From the NCBI GenBank assembly GCA_050015715.1, contig JBEKAW010000001.1, positions 1-32,900 of the forward strand: DNA of 32,900 bases, given 5' to 3'. Each line of letters starts with the position of its first letter. Position 1 is the first letter of the stretch. This document shows positions 1 through 7,501 of this stretch, piece by piece. Under the pieces are notes generated by a model. The model searched no databases. It saw only the letters and a list, made by a program, of their open reading frames with translations, and was not told where the DNA came from. A program made the translations under genes and the position numbers. Source of the DNA: Candidatus Krumholzibacteriaceae bacterium (lineage in GTDB: Bacteria > Krumholzibacteriota > Krumholzibacteriia > Krumholzibacteriales > Krumholzibacteriaceae).

Positions 1-471
1 CTCCTCGGCCCCCTCGCCGACGATCATCACGTGATCGGTCTCTTCCATGACCTTGCGCGCGATCGATATGGGATGCATGTAATTCTGAACGAACGCGACG
101 GAGCCCGCGTTCCCCTGCGGCGACATGATGCAGGCGTCGAGCGTCACCTTGCAGTCCTCGTCCGGAAGGCCGCCGTAGCCGACGCTCATGACGTTCGGGT
201 CGGCTTCCGGCACGCGCACCCCCGCCTCGACGGCGTCGAGCGCCTTGCCTCCGCCCAAGAGAATCTGCCACGCGGCGGCGTTCGCCGGAATGCCGTGCTT
301 CCATGTCGAGATGACGAGGGGCTTGGTGACCGTGCCGCCGGAGAAAAGCGGCGCGGCCGAGACCCCCTTGAACGCCGAGCCCGGGAGAATCGAGCGCAGC
401 GGCAGGAACGCGCTCGCGGCGCCGAGACTCGCGGTGAGCTTGAGAAAACTGCGACGGGACAATCTGGACAT
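1..471 (-). CDS. Glycosylasparaginase / plant-type asparaginase (Ntn hydrolase) family protein. N-terminal 157 codons with a Tat signal; the 3' end lies outside the window.
   Basis: Not in the ORF track because there is no stop in the window. The reverse strand from ATG 469-471 stays open to position 1. It reads MSRLSRRSFLKLTASLGAASAF (twin-arginine SRRSFLK). It continues PLVISTWKHGIPANAAAWQILLGGGKALDAVEAGVRVPEADPNVMSVGYGGLPDEDCKVTLDACIMS, the conserved N-terminal block of glycosylasparaginases. A GGAGG lies about 8 nt upstream of the ATG. Confidence 0.7.
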   Translation of the reverse strand, partial: MSRLSRRSFLKLTASLGAASAFLPLRSILPGSAFKGVSAAPLFSGGTVTKPLVISTWKHGIPANAAAWQILLGGGKALDAVEAGVRVPEADPNVMSVGYGGLPDEDCKVTLDACIMSPQGNAGSVAFVQNYMHPISIARKVMEETDHVMIVGEGAEE

Positions 472-541
472 CGGCCATACCTCCCGCTCCCGCGCGCAAC
501 GTGCGGCGGCGTTTCCCGGACGGGACCGCGCGGAATCCATG

Positions 542-1276
542 CTACCCGATCCGGCTCTTCACGAGCTCTCGTTTCAAGGCCGCGATCGCCTTCGTCGGGT
601 TGAGACTCTTCGGACACGCCTCGACGCAGTTGAAGATCGTGTGGCACCGCCAGAGGCCGTGCTTGTCGTCGAGCGCCTCGAAATGCTCGCGCGCGCCCTC
701 GTCGCGGCTGTCCGCGATGAAGCGGTACGCCTTGAGGAACGCGTGCGGCCCGAGGTACTCCTCGTCCGCCCAGAACGACGGGCACGACGACGTGCAGGAG
801 CCGCACAGAATGCACTCGTAGAGGCCGTCGAGCCTGGCGCGATCCGCCTGGCTCTGGAGCCGCTCCTGGTCGCTCGGGGGCGGCGTCTTCGTGATGAGGT
901 AGGGTTTCACGGCGAGGAGCTTCTCGGCGATCGGAGTGATGTCGACCGCGAGGTCCTTGATCACGCGAAAGCCCCTGAGCGGCCGGACGGTGATCGTGTC
1001 GGCGCCGAGCGTCATGACCTGCGTCTCGCAGGCGAGGCGGTTGACGTCGTTGATCGTCATCGCGCAGGAGCCGCAGATGCCGCTCCGGCACGAGCGGCGG
1101 AACGTGAGCGAGCCGTCCTGAAACCAGCGTATCTCGTTCAGGCAGTCGAGGACCGACTGCCCCTTCACGGCCTCGACCTTGTACTCCTGCCAGTAGTGCT
1201 CGTGCCCCTTCCCGCCGGTGTTGTACCGTTGGATGCGGAAGGTGATCGTTTTCTTTTCCGTTTCGTATGCAGCCAT
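542..1276 (-). CDS. sdhB: Succinate dehydrogenase / fumarate reductase iron-sulfur subunit
   Basis: 244 aa. Three Cys clusters are present: CRSGICGSCAM (2Fe-2S), CILCGSCTSSCP (4Fe-4S) and CHTIFNCVEACPK (3Fe-4S). GAAGGAGGG lies upstream of the ATG. The gene starts 18 nt after the sdhA stop. Confidence 0.93.
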   Translation of the reverse strand: MAAYETEKKTITFRIQRYNTGGKGHEHYWQEYKVEAVKGQSVLDCLNEIRWFQDGSLTFRRSCRSGICGSCAMTINDVNRLACETQVMTLGADTITVRPLRGFRVIKDLAVDITPIAEKLLAVKPYLITKTPPPSDQERLQSQADRARLDGLYECILCGSCTSSCPSFWADEEYLGPHAFLKAYRFIADSRDEGAREHFEALDDKHGLWRCHTIFNCVEACPKSLNPTKAIAALKRELVKSRIG

Positions 1277-1294
1277 CTCTCGCGGCCCTCCTTC

Positions 1295-3079
1295 TCAGTA
1301 CGTCCGCTCCTTGGGCTGGAAGCGCGTGATAACGACGGGGCGGGAGTCGAACGTGACTTTTCCGTCCTTCTTCCACGCGAGCGTGTGCTTGAGCCACCTC
1401 GCGTCGTCGCGCTTCGGGAAGTCGGTGCGGCTGTGGGCGCCTCTTGACTCCTCGCGCGCGATCGCCCCGGCCACCATGACCTCGACGACGTCGAGCATCC
1501 GTCCAAGCTCGAGCGCGTCGATGAGGTCCATGTTGAACTCGCGGCTCTTGTCGTCGACGCGTATGCGGTTGTAACGCTCGCGGAGGCCCTTTACGTCCTC
1601 GGCGAGCTTCCTCAGATTCGCGGCGTTTCTGAATACGGCGCAATCGACCGTCATCCTGGCCTGCATCTCGGCCCGGATGGCGCCGGCCCTTTCGCTCCCG
1701 GCGGATGCGAGAATCCCCTCGATTTCCGCGATCGCGGCCTTCGCCGCGTCCGCGGGAAGCTCCGGTAACGCGGGCTCCTCGCCGAGAAACCGCACGATCG
1801 ATTTTCCCGCGCGGCGGCCGAAGAGGCTCGCCTCGAGGAGCGAGTTGGTCCCGAGACGGTTTGCGCCGTGAACGCTCACGCACGCGCATTCGCCGGCGGC
1901 GTAGAATCCGACGACCGGTTTCGATTTGCCGTCCCCGAGCACGCGGCAGTCGTTGTCGGTCGGGATGCCGCCCATCGAATAATGCGCCGTGGGCTGGATG
2001 GGAATCGGATTCTTCACGCAGTCGACGTGGATGAACTTCCACGCGAGCTCGTGGATCTGCGGGAGCAGCGTCATGATCTTCTCTTTGCCGAGGTGGCGAA
2101 GGTCGAGGTAGACGTAGTCCTTCCCGCCGATGCCGCGCCCCTCGTTGATCTCCGTCTGGATCGCGCGGGAGGTGACGTCGCGGGGCGCGAGCTCCATCTT
2201 GTCGGGAGCGTACTTCTTCATGAAGCGGTCCCCCGCGTCGTTGATGAGGTAGCCGCCCTCGCCGCGCGCCGCCTCGCTCACGAGAATGCCGTGGACGTAG
2301 AGCCCCGTCGGGTGGAACTGGAGAAACTCCATGTCCTCGACGGGAAGCCCGGCGCGCATCACCATGCTCGGCCCGTCCCCCGTGCTCGAGAGCGATATCG
2401 AGGCGATGCGGAAGACCCGCGCGTGCCCGCCCGTGCCGAACATCGTCGCCTTCGCATGGAAGACGTGGACGCCGCCGTTGATGACGTCCCAGGCGACGAC
2501 CCCGCGGCAGACGTTGTCGCGGACGATGAGACCGAGCGCGTAGAACTCGGGGTAGAACCGGACGCCGTTCTTGATGCAGTTCTCATAGAGCGTGTGGAGC
2601 AGGACGTGCCCCGTGCGATCGGCGGCGTAGCAGGCGCGCAGGATCGCGCCCCCCTTGCCGAAGTTCTTCGTGTGGCCGCCGAACATGCGCTGGGCGATCC
2701 GTCCGTCGGGAGTCCGCGAGAAGGGCGCCCCCATGTGCTCGTACTCGCGCACGACGACCGGGGCCTCCTTCACGAGGATCTCGATGGCGTCCTGGTCGCC
2801 GAGGTAGTCAGACCCCTTCACCGTATCGAACATGTGCCATTCCCAGTGGTCCTCTTCCTCGTTCGCCAGCGCCGCCGCGATGCCTCCCTGCGCGGCCCCG
2901 CTGTGCGAGCGGGTCGGGAACACCTTGCTCACGACCGCCACGTCGTACTCCTTCGAGGCCTCGACCGCCGCGCGCATCGCGGCGAGCCCGGCCCCGACGA
3001 TGACGACGTCGTGGCGGTGAATGCTGTGGACGGGCACGCCCTCCACGTCGTGAACCGTTTCGGGATCAAGCGTTGCCAT
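1295..3079 (-). CDS. sdhA: Succinate dehydrogenase / fumarate reductase flavoprotein subunit
   Basis: 594 aa. It has the FAD dinucleotide fold [17 protein letters not shown] and the covalent-FAD histidine context [13 protein letters not shown]. The body is typical SdhA/FrdA ([25 protein letters not shown]). Confidence 0.95.
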   Translation of the reverse strand: MATLDPETVHDVEGVPVHSIHRHDVVIVGAGLAAMRAAVEASKEYDVAVVSKVFPTRSHSGAAQGGIAAALANEEEDHWEWHMFDTVKGSDYLGDQDAIEILVKEAPVVVREYEHMGAPFSRTPDGRIAQRMFGGHTKNFGKGGAILRACYAADRTGHVLLHTLYENCIKNGVRFYPEFYALGLIVRDNVCRGVVAWDVINGGVHVFHAKATMFGTGGHARVFRIASISLSSTGDGPSMVMRAGLPVEDMEFLQFHPTGLYVHGILVSEAARGEGGYLINDAGDRFMKKYAPDKMELAPRDVTSRAIQTEINEGRGIGGKDYVYLDLRHLGKEKIMTLLPQIHELAWKFIHVDCVKNPIPIQPTAHYSMGGIPTDNDCRVLGDGKSKPVVGFYAAGECACVSVHGANRLGTNSLLEASLFGRRAGKSIVRFLGEEPALPELPADAAKAAIAEIEGILASAGSERAGAIRAEMQARMTVDCAVFRNAANLRKLAEDVKGLRERYNRIRVDDKSREFNMDLIDALELGRMLDVVEVMVAGAIAREESRGAHSRTDFPKRDDARWLKHTLAWKKDGKVTFDSRPVVITRFQPKERTY

Positions 3080-3082
3080 ATC

Positions 3083-3466
3083 TTAGAAACCTCCAGCCTG
3101 GAACGGAAGGATGGTGAGAATACCGAGGACGAGCGCGACGATCGCGACGATCGAGATCGCGCTGTAGAGGAAGATGCGCGCCCAGCCCCAGTGAATGTAA
3201 TCCTCGAGGACGATCCAGAGGCCGTAGAGCCCGTGGAAAAGCGCCACGACGAGGAACGATATGTCGATCGTTTTCCAGAGAGGAGTCGCCACGCGCTCCG
3301 CGATCAACCGGTAGGCGAGCTCGCCGGAATACCCGGGCTTCAGGCCGATGAGGTAATGGAGCAGCCACACGTGCGCGAAGAGCACGACCGCGAGGTAGAC
3401 CCCCGTGATCCTCTGGAAGAGCCACAGCACGGCGCCGCCTGACGTCACGTTCTCATGGTGCCTCAT
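3083..3466 (-). CDS. sdhD: Succinate dehydrogenase membrane anchor subunit (SdhD-like, 127 aa)
   Basis: The internal ATG at 3464-3466 overlaps the sdhC stop as ATGA. The product MRHHENVTSGGAVLWLFQRITGVYLAVVLFAHVWLLHY... has three hydrophobic helices with conserved His. The longer track ORF (to 3823) overlaps sdhC out of frame and is Arg-rich, so I discard that extension. Confidence 0.75.
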   Translation of the reverse strand: MRHHENVTSGGAVLWLFQRITGVYLAVVLFAHVWLLHYLIGLKPGYSGELAYRLIAERVATPLWKTIDISFLVVALFHGLYGLWIVLEDYIHWGWARIFLYSAISIVAIVALVLGILTILPFQAGGF

Positions 3467-3867
3467 GAGAGCCCACCCCCTCCGAGACGAGCGACCGCCG
3501 AGAGCAGCCCGCCGACCCTCGTGAGCATCGCGTACGCCACGACACCCCATGTCACGAGCCAGACGACCACGGCGGCGGCGAACATCGCCTTCTGCCGCTC
3601 GACCATCACGCCCATGTCGACGAGCGTGATGCGGAGACCGTTCCAAAGGTGATAGAAGATCACGCCGACGAGCCCGACCTCGAGCGCCTTGAAGAGAGGA
3701 TTGTTGAAGAACTCCATTATGTTGTCGAAGCTCTTCTGCCCGCCGATCAAGTGATGGATCACCCAGATGTGGGTGAGCAGGTAGAGAATGAGCGCGAGAC
3801 CGGCGAGCCGGTGGAGAATCCACGCCCCCGTCCCGAGATGAATCCGGTACCTCTGAAGTGCCCTCAT
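3463..3867 (-). CDS. sdhC: Succinate dehydrogenase cytochrome b subunit (SdhC-like, 134 aa)
   Basis: First gene of the C-D-A-B order. It has three predicted TM helices (HRLAGLALILYLLTHIWVIHH etc.). The first M of the track ORF is a TTG at 3870. The ATG at 3867 is preceded by GGGGAGGGA. Confidence 0.75.
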   Translation of the reverse strand: MRALQRYRIHLGTGAWILHRLAGLALILYLLTHIWVIHHLIGGQKSFDNIMEFFNNPLFKALEVGLVGVIFYHLWNGLRITLVDMGVMVERQKAMFAAAVVVWLVTWGVVAYAMLTRVGGLLSAVARLGGGGLS

Positions 3868-4030
3868 CAAATCCCTCCCCGGATCTTGTGAACTGGTGGC
3901 TTAACCGAGAACAGCCCCGAATTTATCTGCATCGGATAAAGCTCAATTGGGGGGAATATATCACCCGGTATCGCTTCCCGTCAACCACAACCATGGCGGC
4001 CGGAAAGTCGCGCTCGCGCCCTCAAAGGTG

Positions 4031-4059
4031 TTGACGCCTATTCGTTCATCTTGATAACC
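4031..4059 (+). promoter_or_regulatory. Candidate sigma-70-type promoter for the lipoprotein gene
   Basis: TTGACG (4031-4036), a 17-nt spacer, then a weak ATAACC/GATAAC -10. It lies about 75 nt upstream of ATG 4134. This is a sequence match only. Confidence 0.3.
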
Positions 4060-4133
4060 TGTCTCCTGTTTCAGCTGTGGTGTCGCGATCAGTGTGGTAT
4101 TTCGGTCGGTGGCCCTTTGCCAAGGAGGAAGGC

Positions 4134-4646
4134 ATGACGCGCGTGAGACTGCTCGGTTTGTTGCTCGTGATGGCCGCTTTCGTATACTCGTGTTCCGGCG
4201 ATACGGGCCCGGCAGGCCCCGCAGGCAGGAAAGGCAACGCCAACGTGATCGTATACCAGTACGGGACACAGACCACAACGACAGGAAACATCAACTATAC
4301 CTTCCTTGCTTCCCAGGGTCTCGTCGACTCGAGCATGGTGCTCGCGTACTACAACCCCTCGACCGAAGCCGCGACCGCGTGGTATCCCGTTCCCGGTCTG
4401 GGTTCCAGCGGCATGTACATGACTCGTTCCCTGTGGTACCAGACGATCGCGAGCCCAAGCACGTACTCGTTCCGGGTGTTCCTGCTGACCCCGAGCGGCT
4501 CGGCAACCTATTTGACATCCACGACGTTCACGAAATTCAAGATCATCCTGGTGCCCGCGTCAGAGATCAACTCGGTCACCTCGAGAGGGATTTTGAATCT
4601 CTCCGACTACAACGCGGTGGCGGACTACCTAGGACTGTCCGAGTAG
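4134..4646 (+). CDS. Hypothetical lipoprotein with a short collagen-like Gly-X-Y run (170 aa)
   Basis: AAGGAGG lies 6 nt upstream of ATG 4134. The signal plus Cys is MTRVRLLGLLLVMAAFVYSC. Five consecutive G-X-Y triplets follow (GDT GPA GPA GRK GNA), then a Ser/Thr/Tyr-rich domain of about 140 aa. A terminator-like hairpin follows the stop. Confidence 0.7.
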   Translation: MTRVRLLGLLLVMAAFVYSCSGDTGPAGPAGRKGNANVIVYQYGTQTTTTGNINYTFLASQGLVDSSMVLAYYNPSTEAATAWYPVPGLGSSGMYMTRSLWYQTIASPSTYSFRVFLLTPSGSATYLTSTTFTKFKIILVPASEINSVTSRGILNLSDYNAVADYLGLSE

Positions 4647-4672
4647 TCGCACTTTTCATTGATTCTCGAGCA

Positions 4673-4706
4673 GGGAGTGAGGGGGCGCCTCCTCGCTCCC
4701 TTTTTT
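4673..4706 (+). terminator. Rho-independent terminator-like hairpin plus T-run
   Basis: The sequence GGGAGTGAGGGGGCGCCTCCTCGCTCCC forms an imperfect GC-rich stem. It is followed by TTTTTT, 27 nt after the lipoprotein stop. Confidence 0.55.
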
Positions 4707-4801
4707 CATTCCTGATGCGCGATTGCCCGGGACCGGGGCGGGGCGGGGCGGCGCGAGATTCATCGTGGATCCGCCCAATCGAGCCGTGCCGTATCGCTGT
4801 T

Positions 4802-5185
4802 CTATTTCCGAAGTCTATAGAAGATGTAGGGCGCGATGGTTACCCAAATGAGCACAAGGACCCAGAGGCGCCCGGCGAGAATGTTGTAATCGGAGAGAAG
4901 CTCATTCCAGGACAGCCCCCGCGCGAAGTGCCCGAAGCTGAACTCGAACATTACGGTTAGAGCGAGCCATGTGATGCCGATGGCGAGGGCCTGTCCCGAC
5001 GACGCGGGCGGCCAAATGCGAACGAGCGCCCAAACGTAGACTGCGAACAGCACTATCCCCGTAACGCATGAAAGCTGATGCGCCCATAGCTCGCCGAGCC
5101 GTTTCGTGAACAAGACCTCGCGCATCGCACCGTTGGCGATCGCGATTCCGACCATCGGGATCCACGCGAGGAGGTATTTCCACAT
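4802..5185 (-). CDS. Hypothetical small integral membrane protein (127 aa, about 4 TM)
   Basis: ATG start with a G-rich SD. The protein is hydrophobic throughout (MWKYLLAWIPMVGIAIANG...). It is the last gene of a tightly spaced 4-gene minus-strand unit. Confidence 0.65.
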   Translation of the reverse strand: MWKYLLAWIPMVGIAIANGAMREVLFTKRLGELWAHQLSCVTGIVLFAVYVWALVRIWPPASSGQALAIGITWLALTVMFEFSFGHFARGLSWNELLSDYNILAGRLWVLVLIWVTIAPYIFYRLRK

Positions 5186-5219
5186 ATCTTCCCCCCCGTT
5201 CCCCTATCGCCGCGGCTGA

Positions 5220-5735
5220 CTATTCTCTTGTGAGTGTCACCCGCGCGAAGGGCTGAAGCTTTCCGCCCTCTTCGCCGTCCATGAGCCACTTCCACGTGTC
5301 CGTTCCTTTGTCGTACGCGAAGGTTGTGTGGAAGATGCTGCCGTCCTGGCCCTTGAACAGGAACGCGATGTTGTCGCCGTCGCGCTTCGCGTGACCGATT
5401 GCCTGGGCCGCAAGGCCGCCGCCACCGGTCGAGTCGAGCCACAGGCAGGCGTACTCGCCCGACTGTTTGTCCCAGCCGATGAAAACAATCGCTTCATACG
5501 CCGCCCGCCCCTTGGCGTCCTTCTCGCGCGACACCTCGTGGAGACGCACATACTCATGGCCCAGCACCCACTCCGAAACGATGTCGTGCGTCGTTTCCTT
5601 TCCGGCAATCGTGCCCTGAAGAACCCACTTCCCAGTCATGTGATCGAGCGAGGAATCCTGGAATGCCGGTTCTTGCGCCGAGGCCGAGAAGGAAACCAGC
5701 ATAATTGAAACGAAGATCATGAGAGCTGTCTTCAT
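5220..5735 (-). CDS. Secreted hypothetical protein, DUF1579-like
   Basis: The signal peptide is MKTALMIFVSIMLVSFSASAQE. The mature domain of about 150 aa is beta-rich (GKWVLQGTIAGKETTHD...WLDSTGGG...) and resembles the DUF1579 family from memory. No search was run. Confidence 0.6.
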   Translation of the reverse strand: MKTALMIFVSIMLVSFSASAQEPAFQDSSLDHMTGKWVLQGTIAGKETTHDIVSEWVLGHEYVRLHEVSREKDAKGRAAYEAIVFIGWDKQSGEYACLWLDSTGGGGLAAQAIGHAKRDGDNIAFLFKGQDGSIFHTTFAYDKGTDTWKWLMDGEEGGKLQPFARVTLTRE

Positions 5736-5785
5736 TGCGCGATACCCCCGTCTGGTGCGATGCCCCGGACGCTTATCTCCAAGCT

Positions 5786-6184
5786 CTAGCTTTCGTCCGG
5801 TCTCATGTATATGAAATCCCAGAGATGCCCGTCGAGATCCTGAAAGCCATGTTGATACATGAATCCGTAATCTTTGGACTTACGCGGCGTCGTTGCACCG
5901 GCTGCAACGGCCTTGGCGACCATCTTGTCAACCTTCGCCCGGCTTTGCATGGACAAGGTCACAATCGCTTCCGTGCATTTTGTCGCGTCGCAAATTCTTT
6001 TCTTTGTGAAGGACTTGAAGAACTTCTTGACCACCAGCATCACGAACATGTTCTTCCCGACGATCATGCACGTGCCGTCCTTGTTTGTGAATTCAGGATC
6101 GAACGTGTAGCCCAGCTTGGTGAAGAACTTGACGGATCTCTTAAGATCCTTCACCGGCATGTTCACGAATATCTGCGTCGCCAT
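5786..6184 (-). CDS. VOC (glyoxalase / bleomycin-resistance fold) family protein
   Basis: 132 aa. MATQIFVNMPVKDLKRSVKFFTKLGYTFDPEFTN...GFMYQHGFQDLDGHLWDFIYM matches the widespread small VOC family that starts (I/F)FVNLPVKDL and ends DLDGH.WE. The SD is AGGGAGAGGAAG. Confidence 0.8.
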   Translation of the reverse strand: MATQIFVNMPVKDLKRSVKFFTKLGYTFDPEFTNKDGTCMIVGKNMFVMLVVKKFFKSFTKKRICDATKCTEAIVTLSMQSRAKVDKMVAKAVAAGATTPRKSKDYGFMYQHGFQDLDGHLWDFIYMRPDES

Positions 6185-6202
6185 AGTCTTCCTCTCCCTT
6201 TC

Positions 6203-6763
6203 TTAATGCGGCCACAGCCACCCGAACACGGCGGCCGTGAGAAGCGCGTACACGAGGCCGTCAACCGTCTCCTTCACGGTCGTGGACAAGGAGCGGCCGT
6301 ACCAGATCCACATCGGCCAGATCGCGGCCGAGTAGCCGATGAACGCAACGGCACCCGTGAAGCGGACGACCCCACGAAATCCCGAACCCGGCGGGAGCGC
6401 GTGTCCAGCCAGGTACGCCGCGAACACCGACACAATCACACTGTAGATAAACCAGAGAACGAGGCTCTTCGCCATCGACGTGGAGGCATTCGCCTTCAGG
6501 GTAAGAATGAGCACGGGGCCCTTCTTCATCTTCTCGATGAATTCGGGGCTGCGCATCTCCTGCGTGTTCGACGCGCGCGGGATCATATAATCGCCCGGCG
6601 GTATCGCGAGCGGCCTGAGAGCATTCAGCACCTCGTCCTCCTTGGGCGTCTTTCGGTAATCGTTCTTGTGCCACGGCAGGACCATATGAATAGCGGCGCT
6701 CGCGGCAAAAATGACCACAGCCGAGAGCAGGATCGGCAGCCATAGCACTCCCAGTCCGGTCAT
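6203..6763 (-). CDS. Hypothetical integral membrane protein (186 aa)
   Basis: ATG 6761-6763 is preceded by AAAGGAGG. The track start at 6790 is a TTG. It has an N-terminal TM helix, a soluble loop ([18 protein letters not shown]) and three C-terminal TM helices. Confidence 0.7.
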   Translation of the reverse strand: MTGLGVLWLPILLSAVVIFAASAAIHMVLPWHKNDYRKTPKEDEVLNALRPLAIPPGDYMIPRASNTQEMRSPEFIEKMKKGPVLILTLKANASTSMAKSLVLWFIYSVIVSVFAAYLAGHALPPGSGFRGVVRFTGAVAFIGYSAAIWPMWIWYGRSLSTTVKETVDGLVYALLTAAVFGWLWPH

Positions 6764-6970
6764 AACGGCCTCCTTTGTTGGGCACCACAAAACGAAACAG
6801 TGATGCGACCCCCCTGAGCCTGATCCATCTTACGCCTGCCCAGCCCGTCGCTCAAGAGCAAATCGGGGGTCGACCATCCATTGCTCTCCCACGCATTCTA
6901 TGTGAATATTCCCCGTGAGGATTTCAGCGCCTCAGGTGTCTTGTAGGGTGGATATCAGAGGGGAGACCCG

Positions 6971-7501
6971 ATGGACGGCGGACGAGACCGGAAACTCGTC
7001 GAGGAGTGCGTGCAAGGAAATCGCGAGGCGTACGCCGAGCTCGTGAGGCTGCACGCGGGCCGCGTCTACGCGGTCTGCCTGGCAATCGTCGGCACCGAGG
7101 CCGACGCGGAAGATCTGGCTCAGGAGGCTCTCGTGAGAGGATTCGTGAAGATCAATTCCCTCAAGGACCGCGATCGATTCGGGTCATGGATCGCGACCAT
7201 AGCGGGAAACCTGAGCCGCAATTTCATCCGGCAGCGCGCGAATCAGGCGCGGCTCCTCGCGACGCAGGCTGACTGCGCCAGCGGGGAGACCGAACGCTTC
7301 TCGGACCTGAGACGCGCGCTCTGGAAGCTCCCCGAGCAGCACCGGGTCCCCCTCGTGCTCTACTATTTCGACGACAGGAGCACCGCAAGCATCGCCGCGA
7401 CGCTCGGCATCACGCCCGAGGCGGTCCACATGAGACTGAGCAGGGCGCGCGGCGAGCTCCGGAAGCTCCTCGAGAAGGCGGAGGCGCACAATGAACAGTG
7501 A
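6971..7501 (+). CDS. ECF (group IV) RNA polymerase sigma-70 factor
   Basis: 176 aa. Region 2 reads AYAELVRLHAGRVYAVCLAIVGTEADAEDLAQEALVRGF. Region 4 is the HTH STASIAATLGITPEAVHMRLSRARGELRK. It is followed by an overlapping anti-sigma gene. Confidence 0.9.
   Translation: MDGGRDRKLVEECVQGNREAYAELVRLHAGRVYAVCLAIVGTEADAEDLAQEALVRGFVKINSLKDRDRFGSWIATIAGNLSRNFIRQRANQARLLATQADCASGETERFSDLRRALWKLPEQHRVPLVLYYFDDRSTASIAATLGITPEAVHMRLSRARGELRKLLEKAEAHNEQ

Noticed and set aside
3467-3823. The N-terminal extension of the sdhD ORF (246-aa version).
   Set aside because: It overlaps sdhC out of frame and is Arg-rich. The ATG at 3466 forms a classic ATGA overlap with the sdhC stop and gives a normal 127-aa anchor subunit.
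4729-4748. A G-quadruplex-type motif, GGG-ACC-GGGG-C-GGGG-C-GGGG, in the convergent intergenic region after the lipoprotein terminator.
   Set aside because: Such G-tract runs are frequent by chance in DNA of this GC content. There is no positional link to a start site or other signal that I can see.
4094-4960. A 288-aa plus-strand ORF overlapping the lipoprotein gene and the downstream minus-strand gene.
   Set aside because: It is in an alternative frame with an Arg/Pro/Asp-rich translation. It has no SD and runs through the terminator hairpin. The overlapping lipoprotein frame has an SD, a signal peptide and a lipobox.
6876-6970. A short inverted repeat (TGAGG ... CCTCA) and AT-rich stretch upstream of the ECF sigma gene, considered as a possible operator or ECF promoter.
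   Set aside because: The stem is only 5 bp, and no GGAAC/CGTC-like ECF -35/-10 pair lies at a sensible spacing. The evidence is too weak to call.
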